From: Lama glama
Lineage: Eukaryota
DNA: 64,000 nucleotides
Direction: 5' to 3'
Assembly (NCBI GenBank): GCA_028534125.1
Contig: CM052817.1
Location: forward strand, 5,768,001-5,832,000
Of the stretch, positions 51,331-62,269 are shown in pieces (position 1 is the first letter of the stretch; each line of letters begins with the position of its first letter). Below the pieces are notes generated by a model, which saw nothing but the letters and a program-made list of their open reading frames with translations, searched no databases and was not told the origin of the DNA. Made by a program: the position numbers and the translations under genes.

Positions 51331-52799
51331 TAGTCAGAGTCATTCTCACGTTCCCAGAGAGCCCAGAGGGCCCCGTTGCGGGCGGAGGAAGACAGCCGCC
51401 ATGTGTGGCTCGGCTTACGGACTGAGCGGGTTCCGGCTGCAGCTCCAGCATTTTCCCAGTAGTGAGCCCCGCCCGGCTCTCAGCTCCCGTTCCCACGCCT
51501 GCAGATTCAGCTGCTCGCGACGCGGCCCGGCTGTGGGGACTCAGCGCAGGGCCGGGGTGACAGCTGTGCTCCGCTCACGCGCCCAGAAGTGGCAGGCCTT
51601 GGGTGCTGGACCCTCATTAGCGGTTTAATCTCCTTCCTCCCGGCCCTCTTGTGTCAGTGGGGAGGGGACGCCTCGTGTCCCTGGGAGGGGTCCTCGCGCT
51701 TCTCCTTCCCTCGTGCTCATCGGATACTCAGGCAGCAAGGCCCGGGGTCTCAGTCCACCCCTTCTCTCTCCCTTGGTCCACTGCCTCAGTTCCCGCCTCC
51801 GCCTATCCTCACCACGGGCACCCACAGCAAGTCTCCGTCAGGTCCCTCTCCTCCCTCCTCACCCTTCCCACCCTTGTCCACACCTGCCCCCCACGACCCC
51901 AGAGCCACCTTCTAACTCAGATGTGGCCTTGTCACTCTCCTGTTCTCGTGCCACCTAGGGCTCCCTACTCCCCCAGGGGGAGGTCTACTGTGGCTCAGGG
52001 AACAGGTGCCTCCCCTCCCGTGTTCCCCACACGTGCCCTTCCCTCAGCCCCCAAGCCACTCCCAGTCTTTCACAGCCCTGTTCCCATCTCAGGGCCTTTT
52101 CTTTAGCTGTCCCCTTTCCCGGCAGTGTCTTCTCTCTGAACTCCATCATTACCTGCCTAACTGCTGCTCACCCTTCAGGGTTCAATTTAGAGGCCACCCC
52201 TTCTGGGAAGCTTTCCTTGCCAAGGCCACACAGCAAGTAAATTGTTGCACTGGGATTTAAAGTCAGACCTTCCTGCTTCCAAAACAGAAAGCCAAAAACA
52301 GAAGACTATGCATATTTATGTGGGAAGGAAAGACTCCAGAGTGAAGTAGAGCTGAAAACATCTTGGAAAGATTCCCAAAATACATTAAATGAAGACAGCA
52401 AGTAGCAGAACAATGCATATGGCATGATTCCATTAAAAAAAAAACCACCACCACCACCTGTGTTTAAGTTTGAATAAGCAAGGGAAAAAGCCTAAATGAA
52501 TTCTAATTGAGCTGTTAGCAAGAGCTATTGAATGGGTGGATTCAAACGCTCTATGAGCTTTGAATTTGTCGTGTATTCTTTATTTTCTAAAAAAAAAAAA
52601 ATCAAACTCAATCAAAGGAACTCAACAACTTTTCTCCAGTGATAAGTGAAAGGCTTGAATGCTCGGGAATTCCAAGGCTTAGGGACGAACTTTTGTGGGG
52701 AGGGTTCACTGACTACCCTTCGCCCTGCAAGGGACATGGGGAGCTGAGATGGTGACGTGGAATGAGAACGGACGTGGTTGGCTGTGGAGCCACACTTAC

Positions 52800-52941
52800 C
52801 TTTCCCAGCAGCTCAGGGAGGCCCAGCAACTGCCCAGGGAACACGCCAATGCAGATGAAGATGGCAGTCGCCTGCCCCAGAGAGCCACGGATCTTCCTGG
52901 GCGAGATCTCAGGTGCGTGGGGAGCGCACTGAGGGCGATGC
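52800..52941 (-). pseudogene. SLC2A9: SLC2A9 exon 5 equivalent (142 nt, 4-nt frameshifting deletion)
   Basis: ttcacag|GCATCG...GGAAAG|gtaagt; [11 protein letters not shown] is in one frame (ORF 52796..53074) and [37 protein letters not shown] in another (ORF 52713..53240). Confidence 0.95.
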
Positions 52942-53154
52942 CTGTGAAGGAAGTGTGGCAGCAGTGAGAGAGGTGGCTCCTCCAGGGAAGACTCTGGTCG
53001 TGGCACCTCCCTCTGCTTTGAGATTGACAAAAATAGCACTGCAGCCATAGTACCACTGCCAGCACTCTGCACAAACTGCCAACACTTTACACATGCTTTA
53101 TCACTTAATCCGTAAAGTATGGCTGGGATGTAGATTTCAGGAGAGGAAGCAGCT

Positions 53155-53220
53155 GATGATGGGGGAGGAGGTGATGATGGTGGTGGTGGTGATGGTGGTG
53201 ATGGTGGTAGTGACGGTTGT
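53155..53220. repeat. (GGT/GAT)n trinucleotide repeat
   Basis: ggtgatgatggtggtggtggtgatggtggtgatggtggtagtgacggt. Confidence 0.85.
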
Positions 53221-53949
53221 TCACCCCTCAAGGCAAACATGCTTAAGGAGCAAAAAGACAGGAATTATCTCCAAAGTTGCAACATAAACTGGATAATATT
53301 TGGATTTTTATCCCAAACACACATATTGAGAGCATCTGGCCTCATGTAAAAATTGGCTGGCCACAGATCAATTTGGCACAATGCTGCTTAGGGAGCAGTG
53401 GAATAGAGAGAAATGTGCAAGGATTCAAGTCCCAGAGCCCTGCCTTCCGCACGGGGTGACCTTGATCAAGTTAATTAGCTTCCTGTAGCTCCGCTTACTC
53501 ACCTATGAAAGAAGGGTAATCATTGCTGTCTATTCCTGTTGCGGTGGGAATAAAATTACTATAAATAAAGCACCCGTCTCATGTATGGTCACTTGATGGA
53601 CACTTAGAAAACTGTTAGGTCTTCACCCTGACACGCCTCCTACCCCCTGGGGATAATTATCATCATCTCACAAAAAGCTAATAAGGAAATGATAAGGCTG
53701 GCAGGAGAGAGGGGGCGTGGGTCGTGGTGAAGGACACGGAGCCCGTCTGACACAGTAAGAACCCTCCTTCACAGGGAGCCTGCACAGACTGGATACATGG
53801 ACAGCGCTTAGCAGAGTGCCTGGCACACAGTAGGCTGTCAATTAATGGAGACTCTTTTTACTTGCCTGTTGTGAAAAGACATGGAAAAATGAAATGCTGA
53901 TGGCTAAACCAGTAGTGAATGAGGAGATGGTCTATTTGAAAGCTGGTCA

Positions 53950-54063
53950 TAGGATGACCAACACATCCCAGTTTGCCGTGGACCATCCTGGTTTCCGCAC
54001 TGAACGTTCTCTGTCCTGGGAACCCCCTGAGTGCTGGGCAAACCAGGACAGTTGGCCATCCTG
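53950..54063. mobile_element. MER81-like hAT-Blackjack MITE (114 bp)
   Basis: TIRs TAGGATGACCAAC / (rev-comp) CAGGATGGCCAAC. Confidence 0.7.
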
Positions 54064-54309
54064 GGCCCGTGGTGCTGTGCCAAGCATCCCACACACCCGA
54101 GTGGTCTCTCTCGATCTCTGACCTCATCTCTTGCCTTTCCTTCTCCCAGGTGCCCCAGCTGTAGGGTTTACTGAACACTCCAGGCTTATTCTGACCACAG
54201 GACCTCAGCCTTGGCTGTTCTGTTTCTCTGGAGCCCTCATCCACACAGCTCCACAGGCTGACTCCCTCCTGTCCTCCTGTCTCAGCTCAGCTTCACTCCT
54301 TCCCACGAA

Positions 54310-54780
54310 CGTGACCCAGTTTGACCTAACGGGTCATTTGCAGATGTAATCAAGTTAAGATGAGGTCACACTGGACTAGGGTGGGCCCTCAATCCAAAGG
54401 CCGGTGTCCTTATAAGAAGGCCATGTGAAGATTCAGGGAGACACAGAGGCATGTGAAGATGGAGACAGAGATGGGAGTGATGCTGTCACCAGCCAGGGAC
54501 TGTTAAGACGAGATGGTGGGGTGAATTGTGATGGGAAGGGGCTGATTTCAATAGATGAAGGTCTCCGTGAGTGAGGAGGTGTGGTGGTTTCCTTTGCTGC
54601 CGTCATGAAGTGCTATGACTGGGGGGAACAGAAATTGTGCTCTCAGAGCTCTGGAGGCCAGAGGTATAACATCAAGGTATCAGCAGGGTTGGTCTCCTCT
54701 GGAGGCTCTGAAGGAGAGTCTGTTCTGTGCCCTCCCCTGGCTTCTAGTGCTGCCAGGAAGCCTTGGCGCTCCCCGGCTAA
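54310..54780. mobile_element. Two truncated MLT1 fragments (54310-54500 plus, 54580-54780 minus)
   Basis: ttgcagatgtaatcaagttaagatgaggtcacactgga; agctctggaggccagagg...atcaaggtatcagcagggttggtctcctctggaggct. Confidence 0.75.
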
Positions 54781-54784
54781 AGAG

Positions 54785-56090
54785 CACTACTTAGCGTCTT
54801 GTACTTTTGTGCAAGTGTGCTGGTGACAAATTTTATTAGCTTTTGTTTGACTTGAAAAGGTGTCTTCGTTTCACCTTTAATTTTGAAAGACATTTTCATT
54901 GGGTGGAGAATTCTAGGTTAGCAGTTCTTTTCTGTCAGCTCTTTGAAAATAACATTTTGCTGTTTTTTCGTCTTCCTTTGTTTTTGTTGAAAAGCCAGCT
55001 GTCCATTCTATTCTTACTAATTTGAAGGTAGGAATCTTTTTATCCTGACTGTGTTTTAGAATAACTTTTTGTTTTGCCTTGGTAGTCATAAATTTTACAA
55101 AACTGTGCATAGGTGTGGTTTTCCTTGTGTTTTCCTACTTGGGATCCATGTTGCTTCTCAGGTTTGCTCGATGTTGTTCATCAGTCTTAAAAAAAGTGTT
55201 GGCCATTAGTTCACAAAAACTGCTTTTTCTCCATGCTCTGTCTCCTCTCTTTCTGATTCTCCAATTTATGCATGCTAGGCATTTTTACAATTTCTCAGAC
55301 ATTTCTTACCGTCTTTTCTGTGTTTTCATGCTTCAATCCAGATATTTTCTTCTGATCTTTGATGCTTTAGTTCCCTGATTCTTGATTCAGTTGTGTGCAA
55401 CCTACTGATAAAACCATCCATTAAATTCTTAACTTCAGTTTTTGCATTTTTTAGTTCTAGAATTTTGATTTGGTAAGTCAAAATATAACTTTCATTTCTT
55501 TGCCAAAATTCTTGACCATATCTCTTGATCATCCGAACATATTAAACATAATTGTTCTAAAGGTTGTGTCAGATACTGTTATTTCCAGAATTACTATCAG
55601 TTTGTTTCTTTTTTCTGTTATTTCTCCTGATTTTCTTCTTTATGCCTGGTTATTTTTTATTTAATGCCAGAGCATATATGAAAATTGTAAAAATAGTTTG
55701 AGGTTCTGGATGAACGCATCTGGCGGGGTGATAGGCTAGAGGCATGAACAATCCCAGCTGACCAGGATTCCATCAGTGATTGAAGGGGTCTGAAGAGCTG
55801 ATCTATTTATGGTTGACCCTTGCTCCTATGGTGTAGCCTTATTGTGACTAGTGATAGGGGTTCAACCCCAGTTCCTCCTCATCAACCCCATGAATCTGCT
55901 GAGAGGTCTAATAAGCATCTAAAATTCTCAGCCATCATTGTGGAATTAGGAGGTACCTCTAAGAGGAAAAGCTGCCCCCAGTGTGGGCTCACCTCTCTGG
56001 GTTTTACTCCATTCCCAGACTGTGGTCCTATAAGTCCTCCCTACCTAGGTAGCTATCTGATATCTTTAAACAGATGCTTTTTCTAACTAT
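54785..56090 (-). mobile_element. Old L1 5' region / ORF1 remnant
   Basis: ORF 55326..55532 KILELKNAKTEVKNLMDGFISRLHTTESRIRELK matches the L1 ORF1 coiled coil. Confidence 0.8.
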
Positions 56091-56109
56091 TTCAAAAACA
56101 TAATTCCTT

Positions 56110-56110
56110 C

Positions 56111-56141
<31 letters not shown>
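56110..56141. repeat. (TATC)n microsatellite
   Basis: ctatctatctatttatctatctatctatcta. Confidence 0.9.
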
Positions 56142-56184
56142 TAATTAAACCATTCCTTTATGGCAAAGGAGCCTCATTTTTCAC

Positions 56185-56600
56185 TTATTTATCATTCAAC
56201 AGACATTTACTGAGCGTATACTGAGAGGTGGTCACTGTGGTCACTGTTAAAAGCTGAGGCCATGGCAATGAAACAGATAAAAAGCCTTGCTGTTGAGCAG
56301 TCAGTATCCTGGGTGGGGCTGGGGGGATTGTATTGGAGGGAGGCTGAGCATAAACACGAAGAACGTGCCATGTGGTAGGTGGTGACAAGGGCTCCAGAGA
56401 AACACAAAGTGGGGTTGGAGGGAGGAGACAGGGGATGCCTGGGTGGGGGAAGTTGCAGTTTTACATGGGGTGGCCAGCGAAGCCTCATTGTATTGGCCTC
56501 TGAGCAGTGTCCTGGGGTGGATGAGTAACTAGCTACAGGGATAGTGCAGGGAAGAGTGATCTGGGCAGGGTGTGCGAGCTCCCTGAGGCACTCGCCCCTC
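56185..56600 (-). mobile_element. L2 3' end
   Basis: tcattcaacagacatttactgagcg... Confidence 0.7.
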
Positions 56601-57076
56601 TTGTTGCTTGTTGGAACCACGAGAACTCCACAGCAATTCCAAGGGCACCCGAGGGTGAGAGGCCACGTGCAGCAGAGATGAGCTGGCCCTGCGAGATCCC
56701 TGAGACCAGCCCACCTGCGGGTAACCACACGTGAGTGAGACTATCCAAGTTTATCCAGCCACTGACCGACCTGCAGCCAGCCTTAGCCACGGGGAGAGAG
56801 CCCAGCAGAGCCCAGCAGGGCAGGCCCAGGTCAGAACCGCCCTGCCAACCCTCAGAACTGTAAGCTCAGCAAAATGGTTATTGCCTTAAGCCATTATGTT
56901 TTTGTTTTGTTTTGTTTTTTAATGCAGCAAAGCCTGATACAGACAAGGTGATGAAATTAACCTAGGTAAGTGGCAGAACCCAGGCCATCTTAATTCATGA
57001 CCCTCACCCTTAACCATTTCATTGTCTCAAGTCTCTGAGCCTCAGTGTCCTCTTACATAAAATGACAGCAAAGCCT

Positions 57077-57490
57077 TTCATTGAAGTACAGTTGACTTAC
57101 AATATTATATTCGTTTCAGGTGCACAACACAGTGACTCGATATATTTATACACTACAAAATGATCACCACCAAGTCTGTTTACCATTTGTCACCAAGCAA
57201 AGTTGCTGCAATAGCACTGGCTGTATTTCCTGTGCTGTACATTGCATCCCCTGACTCACTTATTTTATAACTACAAGTTTGTACCTCTTAATCTCCCTCA
57301 TCTATTTTTCCCAACCCCCACCCTCCTTCCCTCTGGCAGCTGCCTGTTTGTTCCCTGAGTCTATGAGTCTGTTCTGTTTTGTTATGTTTGTTCATTTGTT
57401 TTGTTTTTTAGATTCCACGTATAAGTGAAAACATACAGTATTTGTCTTTCTCTGTCTGACTGATTTCACTGAACGTAATACCCTCTGGTT
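57077..57490 (-). mobile_element. L1MA-type 3' end
   Basis: ttcattgaagtacagttgacttacaatattatattcgtttcaggtg...ttagattccacgtataagtga...gtatttgtctttctctgtctgact. Confidence 0.9.
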
Positions 57491-57559
57491 CCCAGGCCGT
57501 AAAAAACAGTCTACAAGCCAAATTTGTCCCAAGGGACAGAGTTTATCAAATCCTGTTCT

Positions 57560-57890
57560 TTTCTAATATAAGCGTTAAAAGCCATACTTTTTTCTCTAAC
57601 TGCATCCAACAAATTTTGATATGCTGTATTTTCATTATCATTCAGTCAAAAATATTTTAAATGTCCCTTGCAATGTCTTCTTTGACTCATATAATATTTA
57701 GAAGTGTGTTTTTATTATTTTCCAAATTTAGGGGGGTTTCCTAGACGCTGTTTGCAATTTCTAATTTAATCATGTTGTGGTCAGAGAACAGACTTATATG
57801 ACTTCAGTCTGTTCAAACTGATTGACGCTTGTTTTCTGCCCAACATTTGGTCTATCATGGAGAAAAATCCATGACAGTTGAAAAAAAAAA
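57560..57890 (-). mobile_element. Old L1 ORF2 fragment
   Basis: gcatccaacaaattttgatatgctgtattttcatt...atttagaagtgtgtt...ttgtggtcagagaac. Confidence 0.7.
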
Positions 57891-58589
57891 AGTAACAGCC
57901 TTTCAGCATTAGTGGGAGACCAAAGGTGATGAAGATGATTGGTCAATTAGAAAACATTACATGAATATCAGGCATTATTCTCTGCAGTTAACCTTCTTCC
58001 TGTAGGCATCTCCCTTCTACTGAAGACCAAGATTGGGGAGTAAGAGCTTGGGTTATCACAGAATCCTGATTAGTTCCCACCAGCAGAACAGTGGAGGTAA
58101 GTGAAGTCTCCTTCTCCCTGACCTCCTGTCTGGCCCCTCACCGTTCAGCTGTCCCCTCGCTGCCTCGTTCACGGCAGTGATAATGACGCCTGGTGCCCCC
58201 CGTTTGTAAGAGACGGACAAGGAAGGGAACTAGCCCTTAACAAGCTCTTACTGGGTTCCAGCAGCATTAGGCAGTTTATATACATACGTCTGCATTTGTG
58301 TGTGTATATATATCTTCATGTTAGCCTTTTAACAGCCCTTCGAAGTAGATATGGTTGCTCCCATTTTACAGTTGGGGAAACTGAGGCTCAGAACCATTCA
58401 GTAACTTATCAAAAGTCAGTAATTGGCAAATGGCAGGGCTGGGATCCAAACCCAGGGGTTTCTAACAAAAGCAGGCAATCTTTCCACAAATGCCTAAAAG
58501 TAATACTCTACAGATGCATGTGTTTAGAAAGAGAGCAGAGTTGGTTTGGTGGCCCCCCTACAGCCGGAGTCAGGCCACGTCTCGCCACC

Positions 58590-59225
58590 ACCATATCCCA
58601 CCCAGAGCCCTCGCCCCCGGACGACTGGCTCCCCTATCCCACTCCTGCCCTCCCCTCACCCACGCTCTCCACGTGGAAGGAGGAAGGGATCTTACTGAAA
58701 CATAACCAGCTCATGTCGCATTCCTCTCAACCCTCCCCGGCTTCCGTCACCCTCAGCTCACATCCTCAGTCCTCACTGTGGCCTACAAGTCCTCCTCCAC
58801 CTCGTCTGCACCCACTCACCCCGGCTCACCAAGGTCCAGCCATACTGGCCTCCTCACTCCTCCTTGGTCTCGCCAAGCACGCTCTCACCTCAGGGCCATT
58901 GGAGTCTTCCCACAACTCCCCCAACACGCGCTTGCTTCTCGCCCGGTGGCTCATGCCGGTCTCCGCCCCCGTCTCCGCCCCGCGCGGTCTCCCTGAGCCC
59001 CGTCTGAAGTCGCCCTTGCTGTCTTCCCGCCTGCGTCATTTTCCTCCCAGGGCTGCCACTGTCTACCCTGTGGGTCCCACGATGTACCCGTCCACCCTCC
59101 AGCATGTGAGCGCCGGGCACAGGGACTGGCGGTCCTGCTCACCACCGCGTCCCCAGCGTGCAGAGGAGCGCCAGGCCAGCGGGCGCTCCATCAACGCCTG
59201 GGGAGTAAATGAATGACTGAATGAG
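58590..59225 (+). mobile_element. L2 3' region, unusually CpG-rich
   Basis: catactggcctcctcactcctcc...cacctcagggccatt...; tail aaatgaatgactgaatga. Confidence 0.75.
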
Positions 59226-60212
59226 TCAGAGGCCCAGACAGGAAACATCACCAGACAGAAACTCCCTGGATACCACAGGCAACTTGGAATATGAATTTTC
59301 TGGTGAAGGTGACAAAGTAGAAGGCGTGCCATGCCCAAGACCATCCAGGTCTGTGGAGTTGGTTTGGGTCCCTCCCGGTCATCGCTTCTCCATTAGAGTG
59401 TCCCCCAGGACGTCGCTGTGAGCAAGGACACAGGAGAAATATTTGGCGGATTTTCTGATAAGTCAATCAGATCTAAGAGAAGGCTTTCTGTAAAAAAAAA
59501 AATAAGTGGGGAATGAAGCTCAGAGGTAAAATGGATCTGACTGGAGAGGGCCTGGATGGGGAATTTCAATATGAAGCTTTTGATACTCACTGCAGCGGAT
59601 CTGTAATGCAGAGGATTTGAAATCACCTAAATGTCCATCAATAAGGAACTGGTTAAATAGGTTCTCATCCAGTCATACAATGGAAGATTGTCTAAGCAAC
59701 TGATTTTGGAGAAGCAGAACTCTAGGTACTTCCACGGAACCTTCTCTAAGACCCTGTGCTGACTGCTCTGCATTTGCCCCGGCACCCTGACCGTCTCCTT
59801 TCTCCCTGCCCTGCTCTGTGCCCTGAGGGCTGGTCCTCCCCACCAGTGAGACTCCTGGCTTTTCTGGCTTCCACTTGGGCTTAACCTGTGAGAGTCACCT
59901 GCAGCAGACTGGAGGGCAGGAGGAGAGAGAAGCCAGGATATTTCTTCCCAGCTCCCTCTCTGTGTGGACACTAGGGTTCTGACATAGCTCAGTGCCCCCA
60001 CAACCTCAGCGCCTGCTCGTCAGCCCATCGCCCACCGATTCCCCGCTCCTGGGCTTCTGGTACCCGGTTTCCTCTCCTCGCCCTCCCAACATTAAAATCT
60101 CTCCAGTTGGACTGTGTGGGTGGAACTCTGTTGCCTGCTGGGATCCCGACTCTTACACAGACATATCATGAACATGACGGAGGGGATCCCCAAACAGACG
60201 GCCCCCACTGAC

Positions 60213-60373
60213 CTCCCAAGAACTTTTCCAATCAACTTCACCATTAGCGTCCCCATGAGTCCACCGATGGCGAATATGGACACAGTCACAGACCAGAGCA
60301 AAGTCAGACTGTCCTGGTCTATCGGATGTCCATGCCCTCTTTCCCACGGCTCACTGTAAAAGGCCTTGATGTA
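60213..60373 (-). pseudogene. SLC2A9: SLC2A9 exon 3 equivalent (161 nt, frame intact)
   Basis: ttttcag|TACATC...GGGAG|gtcagt; translates [53 protein letters not shown](R); starts phase 0, ends phase 2. Confidence 0.95.
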
Positions 60374-60759
60374 CTGAAAACAAGCAACAGACCGTGTTAT
60401 GAGATGTTAGGAATACCTAACCAGGAGTTAGGTATAGTATTAGGAATGCCTTCTGTCTGGTCCTGTGTTCGAAGCCAGCCAGTATATAAACAAAACAGCC
60501 CTCTTCCTACAAGGCACTCTGCTAAGTTCTGTCTGAGCTTTAGTTCATTGAATCCTTCTAACAAATTTTGTGGCTGGACCCTATCTTTATTTCATTTTGC
60601 AGAAAGGGAAACCAAGGCTCGGAGAGACAGTGACTTGCTCAGTTAAGTGGCAAACCTCAGTCAAACTCAGATCTGACTCTGAACCCAGGGAAATTGTTAT
60701 TCCTGGACCTGTCCAACTTTGGTGCATAGCAGAATCACCTTGGAAATGTGATTGGAAAT

Positions 60760-61135
60760 AAGAGAGAATACTTGCCACCCTGGGGTAAATAAAGGTTCAA
60801 GACACACAAAAACACTAGTCATAAAGGAAAAAAATGCTCATTTAGATTTCATCAAAATGAAAGTGTTCTGATCTTTAGAAGACATCAAGAAAAATGAAGA
60901 CAAGCCACAGACTGAGCTAACATGTTTGCAATACAAAGGACTTGTATTCGCAGTATGTAAAGAATTCTAACAAGTCAATAAGAAGACAACCCAATTAGAA
61001 ATGAGTGAAAGACCTGAACAGACTTCAAAAAATTTCAAATGACCAGGAAGCTAATGACATGGTGCTCACCATCATTAGTCAACAGGGACACGCAAGTTAA
61101 AACCACAATGAGATGTCTACTCCACACTCACTAGA
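60760..61135 (+). mobile_element. L1 ORF2 fragment inserted in a MER5A-like element (60708-61215)
   Basis: caagccacagactg...aacccaattagaaatgagtgaaagacctgaacaga...aaaccacaatgagat; MER5A halves on either side. Confidence 0.7.
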
Positions 61136-61579
61136 CCCCCACTGCTGTCAATTCTGAGTCAGTGGGTTTGGGGTGGGACTCAGTGATTCTGATGTGCCCC
61201 AAAGACTGAGGTCCTGGTGCACTACATTCCCCAAAGGATTTCCATCCCCAAGATGCTCACAGTTACCCACAGCAACCCAATAAGGGCCCACAAACTTCCC
61301 CAACAACAGCCAGAGTATGACATGACAGAAGGGGCACAGGTTCAGGTCACACAGACCTGGGCTTGAATGCCAGCACCATGATTTTCTAGTTATTTAAACA
61401 AGCTGGACTTTGACTTGCTCATCTGCAAATTGGGAATGATGATACTGATGTCTGCGGGCTGTCGTGAAGGTCATACGAGAACTCAGAGCAGTTCCCAGTA
61501 CTTGTGGGGAACTCACACAATCCCCAGGTGGGTTAAGGACTGAAAAGTCTGGTAAAAGTATGCAGTGACCAGCAGTGTG

Positions 61580-62260
61580 TGCTCTTGAACATTTATGGTG
61601 TGAATTTAATTTGTACAATCATCTTGGAAAACAGTTTGCATTATTTTGCAAAGTTGAGGATGAGCCTAACCTACAACCCAGCAAATCCATTTCTAGAAAC
61701 TTCCTCTTAAAAACTCCTCTTTCCCATTTGCCCTAGGATACATCTATCCAAACATCCATGATAGCATTGCTTTTAACAGTCCCAAACAGGAAATAACCCA
61801 GATGCCCATTGACAGCAGAATGGATTAACACACTTTGGAAGTTATAAAATGAAATGTGACAGCCACAAACATGAATGAACTATAGCTACATGCAAGCACA
61901 CAAAATAAAATCTTACCAAAAATAAGACTGAAGGAAATAAGCCAGAAACAAAAGAATGCATATGGTATGATTCCATATATAAAATGCAAAAATAAGCAAA
62001 ATTAAAAGGCTTTAGGGGAAATATATATAGATTATAAAACTACAAAGAGCAGCCAAGAAATAATTATTTCAAATGTCAGGTCAGGGGTCACCTCTGGGGG
62101 CTGGTGGAAGAAATGATTGGAGAGGGGCATTTGTAGGATTTTCTATTCTCTTTCATTCTTATTCTTAATCTTAGGTGGGTGCCAGACTTTAAACTATCTT
62201 TGTATGCTTTTTATATACTCTTTTGTAAGCATAATATGTTTCACCATTTAAAAACTTCTC
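61580..62260 (+). mobile_element. L1ME-type 3' end
   Basis: ttggaaaacagtttgca...acccagcaaatccatttctag...aacccagatgcccattgacagcagaatgga...gtatgattccatatataaaa. Confidence 0.8.
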
Positions 62261-62269
62261 AAAAATGGT

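Larger units (their letters stand above)
1861..60373 (-). pseudogene. SLC2A9: SLC2A9 (GLUT9 urate transporter), intron-containing gene with disabling lesions; partial, continues beyond both window ends
   Basis: Four exons in the correct order and orientation encode GLUT9-specific peptides ([83 protein letters not shown]). Frameshifts in exons 5 and 7; exon 4 not found. Confidence 0.9.

Noticed and set aside
58296..59216. Longest ORF in the window (306 aa, plus strand)
   Set aside because: Built from a MIR and a GC-rich L2 remnant; Pro/Ser-rich with no recognisable domain; begins at a TTG. The lack of stops is explained by base composition.
1861..60373. Alternative identity as SLC2A5, SLC2A7, SLC2A11 or a processed pseudogene
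   Set aside because: The peptides match GLUT9-specific wording ([36 protein letters not shown]), and long introns with canonical splice sites exclude a retrocopy.
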